DNA from: an uncultured Nitrososphaeraceae archaeon
GTDB taxonomy: Archaea; Thermoproteota; Nitrososphaeria; Nitrososphaerales; Nitrososphaeraceae
Direction of reading: 5' to 3'
Length of the DNA: 64,000 nucleotides
Assembly: GCA_963837175.1 (NCBI GenBank)
Contig: CAWIMJ010000009.1
Span: forward strand, 1-64,000
Shown: positions 45,290 through 57,206 of the stretch, one piece after another
How positions within the stretch are numbered: position 1 is the stretch's first letter
Layout: each line of letters begins with the position of its first letter
The notes under the pieces: model-generated
Databases searched by the model: none
Seen by the model: the letters and a program-made list of their open reading frames with translations, nothing else
What the model was told of the DNA's origin: nothing
Position numbers and translations under genes: made by a program

Positions 45290-45593
45290 GTATAGCTCAA
45301 AACCCCTGATCGTCGTCCTGACTTTACGAACCAAATAGAGAACCATCTTTCATTTTTTCAATGGGTTAGCTTTTAGTATATGGTTCTGCTTTGTAGCCCC
45401 AGTTTTCAATTTTTAGAACATAATGACAAATTAGAGCAAGGATAATTATGCATACTCATAGAATTAACATTTTTAGGTACCGAAAAATTAGGTGATTTAG
45501 CTAACAAAGACACATAGTCAAGAGACAATATTTGTGTGACATATCTAGTAGACAAAGATAATAATATCTGTCGGTTTGCTTAGATCATATATT

Positions 45594-47004
45594 ATGGAAG
45601 ACAGAGCAGCTTTCCAAAGAGTATTAGTCCTACAAGGCGGCGGTTCGCTTGGTGCATATGAAGCAGGAGCATACCAGGCGTTATCTGAAATGGTCACCAA
45701 AAAAGACAAGGAAAGAGGATTTAAAGATAAACCATTGTTAGATATCGTTGCTGGAACGTCTATTGGTGCAATAAATGCTCGCAGTACTTGTAAGCTATGT
45801 TATGGAAAATAATACATGGGAAGGCTCTGCGGAAAGACTCAATAAATTCTGGGAATATTTATCAAAAGAATCATCATTGGATCATTTTTTCGGTTTTACA
45901 TACTGGTGGGATTTCTTTCATAATAACGTTAATGAAGATATTGCCACGGGGGAGGCTGCAAGACGATATTATACGGCAAAGGAGTTTTCGGTTGTAGGAG
46001 TACCTACGGTTTTTTCTCCGTTAACCCCACAACTAGATACTAAATTTTTTGATCCTCAAAATATATGGTATCGCTTTGACAGTGGTCCATTAAAGAGAAG
46101 TTTGGAAAGGTTCGCAAAATTTCCAATAGCAACAACTTTCGACGAGAATCCATCATTGACTCAACCAAGACTCATTCTCGTTAGTGTTGATGTAGCAGAA
46201 GGTGCTCCCGTAGCATTTGACAGTTATGAAAACGAAGATGGTTCCAGAAAATCAGAGTACGGAAAATATATTGTTAAGGATGGAAGAGAAGTAGGATTCA
46301 CACACATTATAAGGTACAATGAAGGAATTACAGCTGATCAAGTTATTGCAAGTGCATCAGTACCACTTAATTATGCTTATACTACTTTAGAAGTAGAAAG
46401 TTATAATAATGCAACATCTAAACATGAGAAGAATATAAGATACTTTTGGGATGGCGGAATAATGAGCAATACTCCGCTCATGCAAGTTGTTCTGCTACAT
46501 CGGCGTTATTGGCTCAAGAGAAGAGGCTTTGAACACACTGTTCCAAGATTAAACATAGGAATATTCAATGTTCATCCAACTAAGCAAGATACAATTCCGT
46601 GGGACCGTGATGGTGTTGTAAATAGAAGGGAAGACATAACCTATTCAGATAGAACTTATAGTGATCAACAAGCTCTATTATTGGTATCAGACTATGTGGA
46701 CCTAGCTAGAGAGTTAATCAAGATTGCAAAAGATCATGGTGTAAAAGATGACGTCATAAATAGCCTATTGGACAGAAGGACTATGAATCATGGTATGGCA
46801 ATCAAACCTAGGAAATATTCAGACATACTTGTAGGACAATATGAAATAGGTAAAATAATACGGGTAAATCGCAAAAATGATCAATACACCATATCAAATA
46901 AAATATTTGATTTTTCCTCTAAGACAATTAACCAACTGAGAGAAAGTGGGTATAACAATACTCTAGATCTTAGTGATTTGGAGTATAAGGGTGAACTGTT
47001 CTAA
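45594..47004 (+). CDS. Patatin-like phospholipase with DUF3734-like C-terminus; 1-bp frameshift near 45780
   Basis: LQGGGSLGAYEAG, GTSIG, ASASVP, WDGG.MSNTPL, FDFS. Confidence 0.88.
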
Positions 47005-47180
47005 TTAATATTCAGGTTTGCAAATGTCAAATATGAAAGGTTTTGAGTGAGTCTATAAGAAGTTAAAGAGATGAATTTCAATGTCAAAGTATTTTTGACT
47101 ATTTGTTTTGAATTCAATGATAAGCTGTGGCACACATAACTATAGATATACCTAGATTGGAGGAAGAAACTGCTACTTAT

Positions 47181-47928
47181 CTATTCAGCTGCAGATCTTC
47201 CATTAAGCGACTGTATCATACCAATTAATCTCTCCAGGTCTTCTTAATTTAACTTCTCAATATCATCGATTCTGTCCTTTATTAGCTGTTTTGTATCCTC
47301 AAGCAGATCTGACTTCTTAGTTTGCTTTAATTTTGCAGCTGTGAATTTAGAGCTCAGGATAGGAATAACTGCCCATAACATTCCAATACCTACAAATGCA
47401 ACCAAGGTTGCTACTATCTTTCGGCCAAATTTAACCGGATAATATTCGCCATATGCTACAGTAGTTATTGTTTCGACAGCCCACCAGAGCGCCTGGCCCG
47501 GAGTAGTTACACTTGCATTTGAATTATTAGCCTCAGCTAAATATTCAGCGAATGTCCCAACAATTATAATGACGGCAGCAAATAATCCTAACAGAACGAT
47601 TTCGCTATTCCCGAGCCGTGATACCAGATTATAGAGCCTAGCAGTCTGAAAAATGCAATCCATTGAATGTTATAAGGAAAAGCAGATAGCAAAAACAATG
47701 ATATCGTTGCAGGAAATTCATACCAATGAATTAAAATATATCTTAACTTCTGGTCGGATTCTCATCCTAAAGTAGAAGTCTCTAGCCAACAATATCACCA
47801 CAACAAACAAATCGAAAAAATATATTAATCGTTTCTCAGTCCCATTTAATGGAAATAAATAGTCGAAAAAGAACGAGTAATAAAGCAAGAGTTGGTATCG
47901 TTGTTATTGCATTCCAAGGTTTACTCAT
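47181..47928 (-). pseudogene. Voltage-gated-type potassium channel, multiple frameshifts
   Basis: ALWWAVETITTVAYGEYYP pore; upstream FDLFVVVILLARDF fragments. Confidence 0.75.
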
Positions 47929-48411
47929 ACCTATTTATGTAAGTAAAATAAGGTCGTATAAAGAAGGATACTGAGCTGATAATTGATATATACACTAATA
48001 GAAGACCACGCCGATCTACTTGCAAATATTCCTTCTAATTTTGCGATATATCTTTATAATTAAAGATACTGTCAAAATCATTTTCATCTAAAACAATAGG
48101 TAAGATCATTATTGCATAATGGTAGTCTTAATTTTTCCTATACCCTTTCAAATCTCTTCCTGTAACCTACTAGTTGCAATGAAAATTTTCCGTTCTTATA
48201 TTGTTCTTAGGTAACTATCCTGCAAAGTTTCTCATTTCATCTGAGGCCAAAGGATTGCACCAGTTTTTACTTTCAATAAAGAATGTATATATCGCTTTTC
48301 ATGAAATGAAACTCTTCAAACCATCGGATAAGCCCCTTTCTCTTATAACAATAGTATCTTTCTTGAAGAATATCAATACATATGATCTCAATCCGTATGC
48401 TTTTCATTTTG

Positions 48412-48672
48412 CTATTGTTCCCATGGTTTTGAAAAGTGGTCGAGCCATTTCTGGTTCGTTCTTTGCATATTCTGAAATTGTTGTTCGTATAATGAGTCCA
48501 CCCAATTTCTCGTAGCTAGCTATGAACTATTATAAAGCTCATTTACTCTCTCAATATTCTTAATAAACTCATTATACAAGTGGCTTATCTGTTCTAGATT
48601 TCTAATATACTCTTGCTGTAATTGGTTTATGTTCTTAAGGTTTTTGATATATTCGTCATATGTATAAACCAT
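48412..48672 (-). pseudogene. Phasin-like coiled-coil protein, frameshifted
   Basis: MVYTYDEYIKNLKNINQLQQEYIRNLEQISHLYNEFIKNIERVNELY../YEQQFQNMQRTNQKWLDHFSKPWEQ*. Confidence 0.45.
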
Positions 48673-48977
48673 GTCATCATTGGAGCATAATATGGCTGGT
48701 TATACTTATCAATTGAGTCATGAAGAATTGGCAGACTCCAATAGATATTTGGAAAACATCGCCCTAAGCTTCGAAACCTTATTCACAAGGATATGAGAAT
48801 CTGCCCATCATCATAAATTCACACGTAATTTGTTTTTTTTGGCACTTTTTAGTGTGTATTGCACGTGATTTTCTGTAGCATTGCTGTGTATCTAAATCCA
48901 ACGGTAATATTACAATAACTTTACACAACACCTATTACATTTATATTATTTGGTAGAATTAGAAACCTGTAGTATGG

Positions 48978-49646
48978 ATGATAACAAATTTGATAAGAGA
49001 TCTTGATTTTGATAAAGACCATCCTAATGAAAGTATAAAAAATACTAAGCAGAAGCTTCTGAAAAAAATAATTATTCTAGGAATAATACTTACAATTTCC
49101 CTAGTTATCAGCACATTGCTACTGAAACCTCTAATCCCTACTGAATATTTAGTGTATTTTCAGGTTATACAGGTAGCTATAGTAGGTTATTTTATTATGG
49201 ACGTAATAAGTGACACAGCTTATAATATAGTTACAGCTGCAAAACAATCCAACCAATCAGCCAAATCAATAAGAAGCATTATTAGGATCCTATCTGCTAT
49301 TGTAATTGTTGCTATTTTAGTATCTTACGTTAGCCAGAATCCTGCCATAGCGGCATCAATTGGTGCCGTAACTGGAATAGTGATTGGCTTTGCTGCCCAA
49401 AACCTGATCGGAAATATGATAGCAGGAATGTCAATAGCAATAACTAGACCATTCAAAATAGGAGATAAGATTACCATCTTTGGGAATACTGGTACAGTGA
49501 CGGATATAGGATTGTTATATTGTGTACTTCTGATGAAAGATGGCGATATTGTACGTGCCCCAAGTTCATTATTGCTAACAACGTCGATAATATTGCGGGA
49601 AGAAAAAAAGCCTACTAATATATATGCTGATTGGTATATATGTTGA
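48978..49646 (+). CDS. Small-conductance mechanosensitive channel (MscS family)
   Basis: GFAAQNLIGNMIAG...RPFKIGDKI...GTVTDIGL. Confidence 0.9.
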   Translation: MITNLIRDLDFDKDHPNESIKNTKQKLLKKIIILGIILTISLVISTLLLKPLIPTEYLVYFQVIQVAIVGYFIMDVISDTAYNIVTAAKQSNQSAKSIRSIIRILSAIVIVAILVSYVSQNPAIAASIGAVTGIVIGFAAQNLIGNMIAGMSIAITRPFKIGDKITIFGNTGTVTDIGLLYCVLLMKDGDIVRAPSSLLLTTSIILREEKKPTNIYADWYIC

Positions 49647-49902
49647 ATTATCAATTATGCATTGAGCTTCGTAACATACTACCAATATCAGTTTCCATGC
49701 GAGAGGACATATGTCACTTGGATTTTACATTATAAAAAAGAACTTCACATTTATGTAGTCTGCTGAACTCGGAATTGTAGGAGATGGAAGAGCTTTGGCT
49801 ATTGCTATTTTGATACGCATTTTTAAGAAGTAGATGTTACAGGAGTAAAAAAGATGATCTCTAGACTTATTAACATCGCTTACAAATTAAAAATATAATA
49901 CT

Positions 49903-50463
49903 TTGCAAACACTAGAGTGTCCGCCTTGGCTTAGAATGCTTCAAATAGTTTTGGGAGCAATATGTATAACACTATCTCTGATTATTTTGGCTTACATTGG
50001 ACCTGCAATATTGACAATTATTTTAATACTTTCGTTGATTTTGCTAGTTGTTGGAATTGAGAGAATATGTGCCGGGATAGCGATCCGGTATCTTAGATCC
50101 AGTTTAGCTAATATTGTACTTGGTGTGGCAATAATAGCTTTTTCTATCGTACTTATGGAGTTCCCAATATTTACATCCGCGGTTCTGGTTGTTTTGGGTG
50201 CAGTGGCCCTACTTTTGAATGGTATAACAAGAATAATTCATGGTATATTTAGCAAAGGTTCAGGTTCGTCCCGTGCTTTTCTTATAGGTGTGGGAGTTCT
50301 AAGTATTGCAGTATCAACTTTAGTAATAGCACATCCTATTAATTTGGGTTTGGTCTTTTTCGCAATCATGATTTCGATTGCGTTTCTAATAAACGGAATA
50401 GAGATGATGGCCTCGGGAATATCTGGTCGTAAACAATACATAACGAGGAATAATGTTATGTAG
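49903..50463 (+). CDS. HdeD/DUF308 membrane protein
   Basis: PPWLRMLQIVLG...GIERI. Confidence 0.8.
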   Translation: MQTLECPPWLRMLQIVLGAICITLSLIILAYIGPAILTIILILSLILLVVGIERICAGIAIRYLRSSLANIVLGVAIIAFSIVLMEFPIFTSAVLVVLGAVALLLNGITRIIHGIFSKGSGSSRAFLIGVGVLSIAVSTLVIAHPINLGLVFFAIMISIAFLINGIEMMASGISGRKQYITRNNVM

Positions 50464-50487
50464 TAATAGTAGTAATAGTAGTAATAG
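50461..50487. repeat. (TAGTAATAG)3 short tandem repeat
   Basis: Seen directly. Confidence 0.8.
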
Positions 50488-51083
50488 CATCGTACGGGTA
50501 ACAAGTATAACTAAAAATACGTCTATGAAGGCGCTTTAATATGACTATCGTATAATTGAAAAATAGAATGGAATGGTCGGATGCTCGCTATAAATAAAAA
50601 TGATGAATCAGCATAGTTAACAGCATCACCTTCATTAATCCTATCCGTCAATGCTTACAACAATTTTGTCAATACGATAAAAAGTGAATATATGCTAGAG
50701 CATTACTTTAGAGCTATAAAATATTGTGGATAGTATGATGAAATCCTGAGATAATATGATTCTACCAACCATTCTATAAACATACGGTAACTCTTACCCT
50801 TGTACTATCTGATAGTAAGCAGGACAAAATGCTGCCAGACTGGAAATGTGATTGCTCTTCTTATAAAGGAACAGTGGCATGCTCGCATTTCTTCATAGCA
50901 GATACCAGTCTGAGATACTTTGATTCTTCGCTACATGTACAATATGGCCATACTATTACATAGCTTTTGTCTTATTTAGAATAGATGGTTTCGACAAGTC
51001 TTATGTTTAATCACAATAAATTTAAATTATGACATACTGTGCGGATAATATATAATAAATAGAGTTAAGCCATCTATTGTTAT

Positions 51084-51743
51084 GTGACTACATTTGGATA
51101 TGGCAGATTTCTGATTTGTGCAATGCTTGTCATTTTTGCTACAGTTATTTTAAGTTGCATGATAAACTTTGACAGGTCAATGGATTTCATGGCAGCAGCT
51201 ACAAAAAATAGTCAGGTTAATACCTTCGCGACTCTTATAGACCAAGTGGCATTACAGGATAGAAACATCTCTTCAAACCAATCAGGCGACATCACAGTTA
51301 TAAAAAATTCAATGTCTGAACAAATTCAAGTATTAAGAAACATGATGCAGGTTTTTGCAAGGTCATCTACTCAAGCTTCGTTTGCAGCTTTATGCGTGTT
51401 TCTTTTGGGTTCAACATTGCTCTTGTATGGGTTGAAGCTTACTATGAAAGCAACATCAAAGATAACAAGCATGTACTTTAAGGCTATGATGTTGGCACTA
51501 CTTACTCCTGTTATTATAATTATCGCTATCTATCAATTTGGAATTGTAACAGGAATTACCTTTGAATTTACTAAAGCAGCTGAACCCTTCTTCTTTATAT
51601 CACTCATTCTCTGGATTCCTACCGGTATAGTCATATTTTTGTTGGTAGTCGAAAAAAGACTATTATCTGATACCCAAAAAATAACCATAGTTATAGTATC
51701 CCGGGTTAGGAGTTCAGTAAAGCAAAAATATGGTCTACCGTAA
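51084..51743 (+). CDS. Hypothetical membrane protein
   Basis: N-terminal anchor plus 3 C-terminal TMs. Confidence 0.65.
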   Translation: MTTFGYGRFLICAMLVIFATVILSCMINFDRSMDFMAAATKNSQVNTFATLIDQVALQDRNISSNQSGDITVIKNSMSEQIQVLRNMMQVFARSSTQASFAALCVFLLGSTLLLYGLKLTMKATSKITSMYFKAMMLALLTPVIIIIAIYQFGIVTGITFEFTKAAEPFFFISLILWIPTGIVIFLLVVEKRLLSDTQKITIVIVSRVRSSVKQKYGLP

Positions 51744-52246
51744 ACAAACGATAAGAGCATATCTATAGTCAGATTGATTGACTGACATCAAATGCAACTG
51801 ATGTAGATTAGTGAAGTGGTACTGCTAGTGGGATAGTCAACGGAATAATGCCATTCAATCTATAAAGGTAGATTGCTGTGACAAGCTACCGTAACTAGCA
51901 GTCACTTTCGGTACCGAAAAATTGCGGTGACTATGGAAAATCCAGCTATCAGAACAACGATGAATGCGATCAATGCCATACATAAGTTTATTTCAGATAA
52001 AAAACTTCTACAATTAGGCATTGTTCATCCGTGAATTATCTAAAGGTTAGGTAAAAAAAACTTTGATATCATAGGAAATATCTTATCTGGTTCTAGAATC
52101 TAACTTATTTTAATTTATTGACATTCGATAATAGCATTTTTTCTATCCGGTTTTCAATGACGAATTTTATTGTCGATCCCAATAAAGCTGACTGGAAGTT
52201 AATTTGTGTAGATAAGGAGAGATCATACGGAAAATTACAGTTATTT

Positions 52247-53743
52247 TCATGTTATGTCGCTGGCTGTTACTGGCTTCGTCTTAGTAGCAAGCTGTTTCAT
52301 TCTGAGAGCTAGGAGTACACATGAAATTGTCATTGCAAGCCCAACTCCGAAAAGAATGTTAAATGTGACTGGACTTGGGTAGTTTTTCTCAACATCATTA
52401 ACGGTAATAGAGATCGTAGCAGATGCTAGAATTACAGTTGTGATCACAGGACCTATTGCACCTCCTATAATTCTCATCATATTTGTAACAGCTGAGGATA
52501 TTCCTGTATATTCGTTAGGCGTAAATCGAATGACCGTGTTAGTTAATGTCATTGGTAATAGAGCTCCAGCCATACCAAAAATAAAGAGACTACCATTAAT
52601 ACCAGCTGATGTAGCGTGGAATAACAAAAGCAACAAAAATGAAATAGTAGTAATTCCTATACCTGGTACTAACAGCTTCAAATTAAGTTTCTTTCTTCTT
52701 GCTACTATCAATCCGAAGACTGGACCAAAGATCATCATTGATAGACCAAAAGCCAACTGTAAAAGTCCAACATGAATCGGGTCTAGTCCTAACCCAGATG
52801 GGCTAGGCGCAGATCCCAACTGTGGTATGCCTGTAATTACAATATACTGCAGAATACCAAACATCAACATTATAATGTTTCCAACTAAAATCACTGGCTG
52901 AAAAACTAACTTCAAGTTAACTAATGGAGACTTCACTTGCTTTTCTACGATTAAGAAAAGTACAAGAAAAATAACTCCAATGATTAGAGGAATTAGAAAG
53001 CCCATTAAATTAGTGGCAATCGATCCGCTGAACGTTATTGCGATAAGAAAGCTAACGATTGTCACACTCATCGTTACAATACCTATAACGTCTAAATGTG
53101 GTCTTTTAGTCTTACTGGGAATATCCATTGGATCTTTGGCAATATCAAGTATCTTCTGACTTTCATCTACATGAACGTATCTCCAGCTTACAAATGTCAA
53201 GATTGCTGCAATAGGAGCACAGAAATAGAAATTAGCCTGCCATCCTGCCCCTGCGGCTACTACTGGTCCTAACACCGCCCCAAGTGCCATGCCGCCAGAA
53301 TAGGCAGAAAGATAAACACTCAAGCCAATAGTGAATTTAGCTCTTGGGAACTGATCTCTTATTATTTTAGTTGAAATAGGGGTACTAGCCACAGCTATAC
53401 CTTGAATTACTCTAATGATAATTAGAGTGGATATGTCATGAGCAAAAGGAGCCAAGATGGTTCCAACGGTAAAACATGTCATCATTAACATTAGCATTTT
53501 CTTGGCTCCTACAAGGTCAGATAACCTTCCCATTATGACTGTCATGACAGCTCCTGAAACCATATACGCCGTCATTACCCAAGAGGCAATGGACAGGGAG
53601 GTCCCAAAGTCTTGTGCAATGCTAGGAAGAGATGGTGACATCGCAGTATTAAGATATAGAAATATCAATATGCTACAGGTTAATACTAAAAGAGATTTCC
53701 AGGCATTAAACGATATTTGTTCTGGAGGCACTGTAGTAGACAA
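52247..53743 (-). CDS. MFS transporter, 14-TM DHA2-like
   Basis: SWVMTAY, GRLSDLVGAK, RVIQG, P.VNL.L. Confidence 0.9.
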   Translation of the reverse strand: MSTTVPPEQISFNAWKSLLVLTCSILIFLYLNTAMSPSLPSIAQDFGTSLSIASWVMTAYMVSGAVMTVIMGRLSDLVGAKKMLMLMMTCFTVGTILAPFAHDISTLIIIRVIQGIAVASTPISTKIIRDQFPRAKFTIGLSVYLSAYSGGMALGAVLGPVVAAGAGWQANFYFCAPIAAILTFVSWRYVHVDESQKILDIAKDPMDIPSKTKRPHLDVIGIVTMSVTIVSFLIAITFSGSIATNLMGFLIPLIIGVIFLVLFLIVEKQVKSPLVNLKLVFQPVILVGNIIMLMFGILQYIVITGIPQLGSAPSPSGLGLDPIHVGLLQLAFGLSMMIFGPVFGLIVARRKKLNLKLLVPGIGITTISFLLLLLFHATSAGINGSLFIFGMAGALLPMTLTNTVIRFTPNEYTGISSAVTNMMRIIGGAIGPVITTVILASATISITVNDVEKNYPSPVTFNILFGVGLAMTISCVLLALRMKQLATKTKPVTASDIT

Positions 53744-54020
53744 TTTACACTAACTCCTTGATGCATGTATTTATTATTGCCCCTAATGATTAATGGACAC
53801 CACCAACCTCACACAGAACAATTTTCTACTGCACTAGCAAGTACAGTACCACCTATACATAACCACTCAAAAGTACTACTGCCTTAACCTACAATATTAT
53901 TTATAATACCTAAGCTAGGTCTATTAAGAGAATAAGTGCATATCAAGAAAAATTATTGAAGAATTTTACTTCTTTATGTTCGAGAAAGGATTTAAAGATA
54001 TATTACAACAGTCATAACAA

Positions 54021-54581
54021 GTGTCTACTTCTTCTTTAGAACCCAAATCCCCAGGATGGATGCGCGCTGTACAAATCGGCCTAGGTATAATAGCTGTGAT
54101 AATATCAATAGCTGTCCTTGTTTCTCCAGCATTGACTGTCGTTTTATTAGTCAGAATAGTTGCAATAATTTTGTTAATAGTCGGAATTGAAAAAGTCTTA
54201 AGTGGTATATTTATACCAAGCAAGTCACGTTGGGGTACCATAGGTCTTGGTATTATAGTTATTATATTATCTATTATAGTTCTGTCATTCCCAGTAGGAA
54301 CAACTGCATTTTTGATAATCTTGCTTGCAATTGCTTTACTAATTGATGGTATTGCAAGAGTAATTCATGGTATTACGGACAAGACAGGCCGTAGTTGGTC
54401 AAGGATGTTCAGAATTGCCGCAGGTGTAATAGCTATTGCATTGGCTCTAGTGATAATCGCATCTCCTGCTATAGGAGCAGCGCTTGTAGGCATATTACTA
54501 GGAATAGCTCTGTTAATAATAGGCATCGAAATCATAGCAAGAGGTATAGCTGGGAGAAAAATATCATTAACACAATCTTAG
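54021..54581 (+). CDS. HdeD/DUF308 membrane protein
   Basis: PGWMRAVQIGLG...GIEKV, DGIARV. Confidence 0.85.
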   Translation: MSTSSLEPKSPGWMRAVQIGLGIIAVIISIAVLVSPALTVVLLVRIVAIILLIVGIEKVLSGIFIPSKSRWGTIGLGIIVIILSIIVLSFPVGTTAFLIILLAIALLIDGIARVIHGITDKTGRSWSRMFRIAAGVIAIALALVIIASPAIGAALVGILLGIALLIIGIEIIARGIAGRKISLTQS

Positions 54582-55149
54582 GGTGGATAAAGAGAAGAGA
54601 CAGATATCCTATTTCCTAAAATTTAAGATTATATTATTGCCTTTCAAATCTTGATTATGTCATGGTCTTTTTAGCCTATATATTCATTCACATAATTCTA
54701 TTAAGCCTAGATATATTATATCATAACTTTAGACTAAATCATTTTTACATTGCGCAAATGGATTACATACGCTAGTGTATTGCATCCCACCGAACCCGCT
54801 AACTATGCGGGTTCTTATACTGCTGAGTATAGAGTAACCATTGTTGTATACTGAAAAGTGCTTGGACATATTTAGATAAAGCATAAACACATATCTTGGA
54901 AAGTGTTGAGATACTGTGAGCCTAAGAGACATTCTTATTCTATAGAGAAATGTAAAAGGTTTCTTTTAGTTTAAAAAGAAAAATATTGACTGCAGCAGTA
55001 AGGCTGTCAGTTATTATTACCTGTCTAGGTTACCGGTGTCACGTACTCCTGGTCCGCTAACATAATTTCAATTGATGCTATACCAGTTAACATAATTACT
55101 CTGACACACCTCCAACCAGATAATTTCGCATATTCAGATTAAAATGCAT

Positions 55150-55760
55150 GGTTCTGAAGTATTGATCTATTTTCATTTTAAAATCTGTAAATGATGGATG
55201 GATGGTACATCATCAGTACCAGCAGGTCTTTCTTATAGATATGTTCCAGCATTCTTCCACCACTATCATGAACTCTGGTGACGCTGTTGGCAGCCAGATT
55301 GGTATCAGATCTTGCTTGTTTATGCTTTTGGAGGTACTGTTTTATCTTTTGTGATTTGTAATGCCGTGTGGCCTTGTCCAAAAACAAATAACATTTTGGA
55401 AATTTAATTTATAGTGGATTAGTTTTAGGAATTCATAGAATGTGTGTACTCATTAAATCAATCTGTCATACTGCTTGAATAACTGTTTACCTTCCTTCCA
55501 AACTAACTAATCGCACCAAACATACAGAAATGTCTGTGTGAGCTTTGTTGTTGTAACTACTGGTCTTGCATTCTCTTGGATCCACCCACATCTTTCTTAC
55601 AAAAGAATCAAGAAGAAAAATGATTCATCTAGCAATACTGTTGTAAATCCTTTAGGTAAATTGTTTAGTATTTTCTGTGTTCTTTTTTGAAAGCATCTTT
55701 TTCCAACTAGCAGAAAAGTCCCTGATGATTATATGGGATGGAGATCGGATTGATAATTCC
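55150..55760 (-). mobile_element. IS630-family transposase remnant
   Basis: FLDKATRHYKSQKIKQYL, WLPTASPEF, ECWN, DESFF fragments. Confidence 0.7.
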
Positions 55761-56561
55761 ATTAGAAAAACAAATAAGACTATAGGGCGTCCACTAGTTA
55801 ACTAGTGTGCTTTGCTAGAACAACATTACTATAATTTTAGTTACTGAATAATAGTAAAAAGAAGATAACTTGTCCGACTAACATTCGAAGACATGTGGCT
55901 TCCCCTGCAAGACTACTTTGATAGGCTAAGAGATAGCCCCGTGGTTTGCCCATATCATCCTACGCTCATACTCCCCACTTTTGGAGTGGTTAACCTACTG
56001 CTTAGAATGACATACATCATTTCTGAAGCGAATGCAAGCCTTTACTTGCAAACGTGGACCAAAATGATGTATGATCTACTCTTTCGGTCAGTCGAACATT
56101 ATGCATTTGAATAAACCTATATTTAACTATCCTTGTTAAAATTAATTTATCTAGTAATTTGAGTCTATTCACTTTACAATAAATTTATAGCTAAAGACAC
56201 TCACTTCTTTTTCTTTCTATGTTAGATTCAAAAAAGAAGCAGAGTATCTTCATCGATATACTCTCTTAATGAAAGAGTATATATGATTACCTTCCATCAT
56301 TGAGCATTAGAAACAAAAGAATGACTGCTACTGCTCTGGCTAATAATACTACTACAACATTATTAATATTCCACAATCATATAGTGTTAAGACATTGTGC
56401 ATCCTTTTTTACTGTCTCACTATCCCTCGCTCCCTTCCTTCTTCATACTTCAATTCTTATCTTACACATGAATTTATAGATTTTATATATATAATGAATC
56501 CCGAATCAGCAGAATCAAAAGGGAAAGAAGAAAAACAAGAAAAAAAGCAAAAGAAATTAGG

Positions 56562-57206
56562 CTATGGTTGTGTCAGAACAGTTTCACAATTCTTTGAAAT
56601 TTGTGGGTCTGCACCACTGGCTAACACAACTGTATCCTGTCCACCACCGCAATTAACCTTACTACCCTCAGATGTAGGGCCTATAGTATTCGTATCATCT
56701 CCTCCACCACTATGTATTGTAGTCTGTCCTTGAGTAAAGGCTGCAATATTATTATCACTTCCTCCACCACTATTTTGTTTAACATCTCCTTGAGTAATGC
56801 CTGCACCATTCGCATCACTTCCTCCACCACTATTTTGTTTAACATCTCCTTGAGTAAAGCCTGCAAGATTACCATCACTTCCTCCACCACTATTTTGTTT
56901 AACATCTCCTTGAGTAAAGCCTGCACTATTCAAATCAATTCCTCCACCACTATTTTGTTTAACATCTCCTTGAGTAAAGCCTGCACTATTCAAATCAATT
57001 CCTCCACCACTATTTTGTTTAACATGTCCTTGAGTAGAAGATGCAACATTAGTATCATCTCTACTTTTACCTTGAGCCCATGCATCTATTATCGTTGTAG
57101 TCACTGTGGTTGTAGTAGTAGATGTCAATATTGCATTAGATGTTAAAAGTCCTATTAGTGTAGCTGTTAGTAGTAATAATGTCCTTATTCTGGTAGTTTT
57201 TTCCAT
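56562..57206 (-). CDS. Secreted protein with 20-aa tandem repeats (GGGxD, RTX/beta-roll-like)
   Basis: Signal peptide ending AWA; about 6 x 60-bp units TQGDVKQNSGGGxDxNxAGF; C-terminal CGGGQDTV...NCE. Confidence 0.85.
   Translation of the reverse strand: MEKTTRIRTLLLLTATLIGLLTSNAILTSTTTTTVTTTIIDAWAQGKSRDDTNVASSTQGHVKQNSGGGIDLNSAGFTQGDVKQNSGGGIDLNSAGFTQGDVKQNSGGGSDGNLAGFTQGDVKQNSGGGSDANGAGITQGDVKQNSGGGSDNNIAAFTQGQTTIHSGGGDDTNTIGPTSEGSKVNCGGGQDTVVLASGADPQISKNCETVLTQP

Noticed and set aside
56690-57040. 60-bp periodic repeats resembling CRISPR repeat-spacer units
   Set aside because: They are in-frame coding repeats, and the variable parts are short and homologous.
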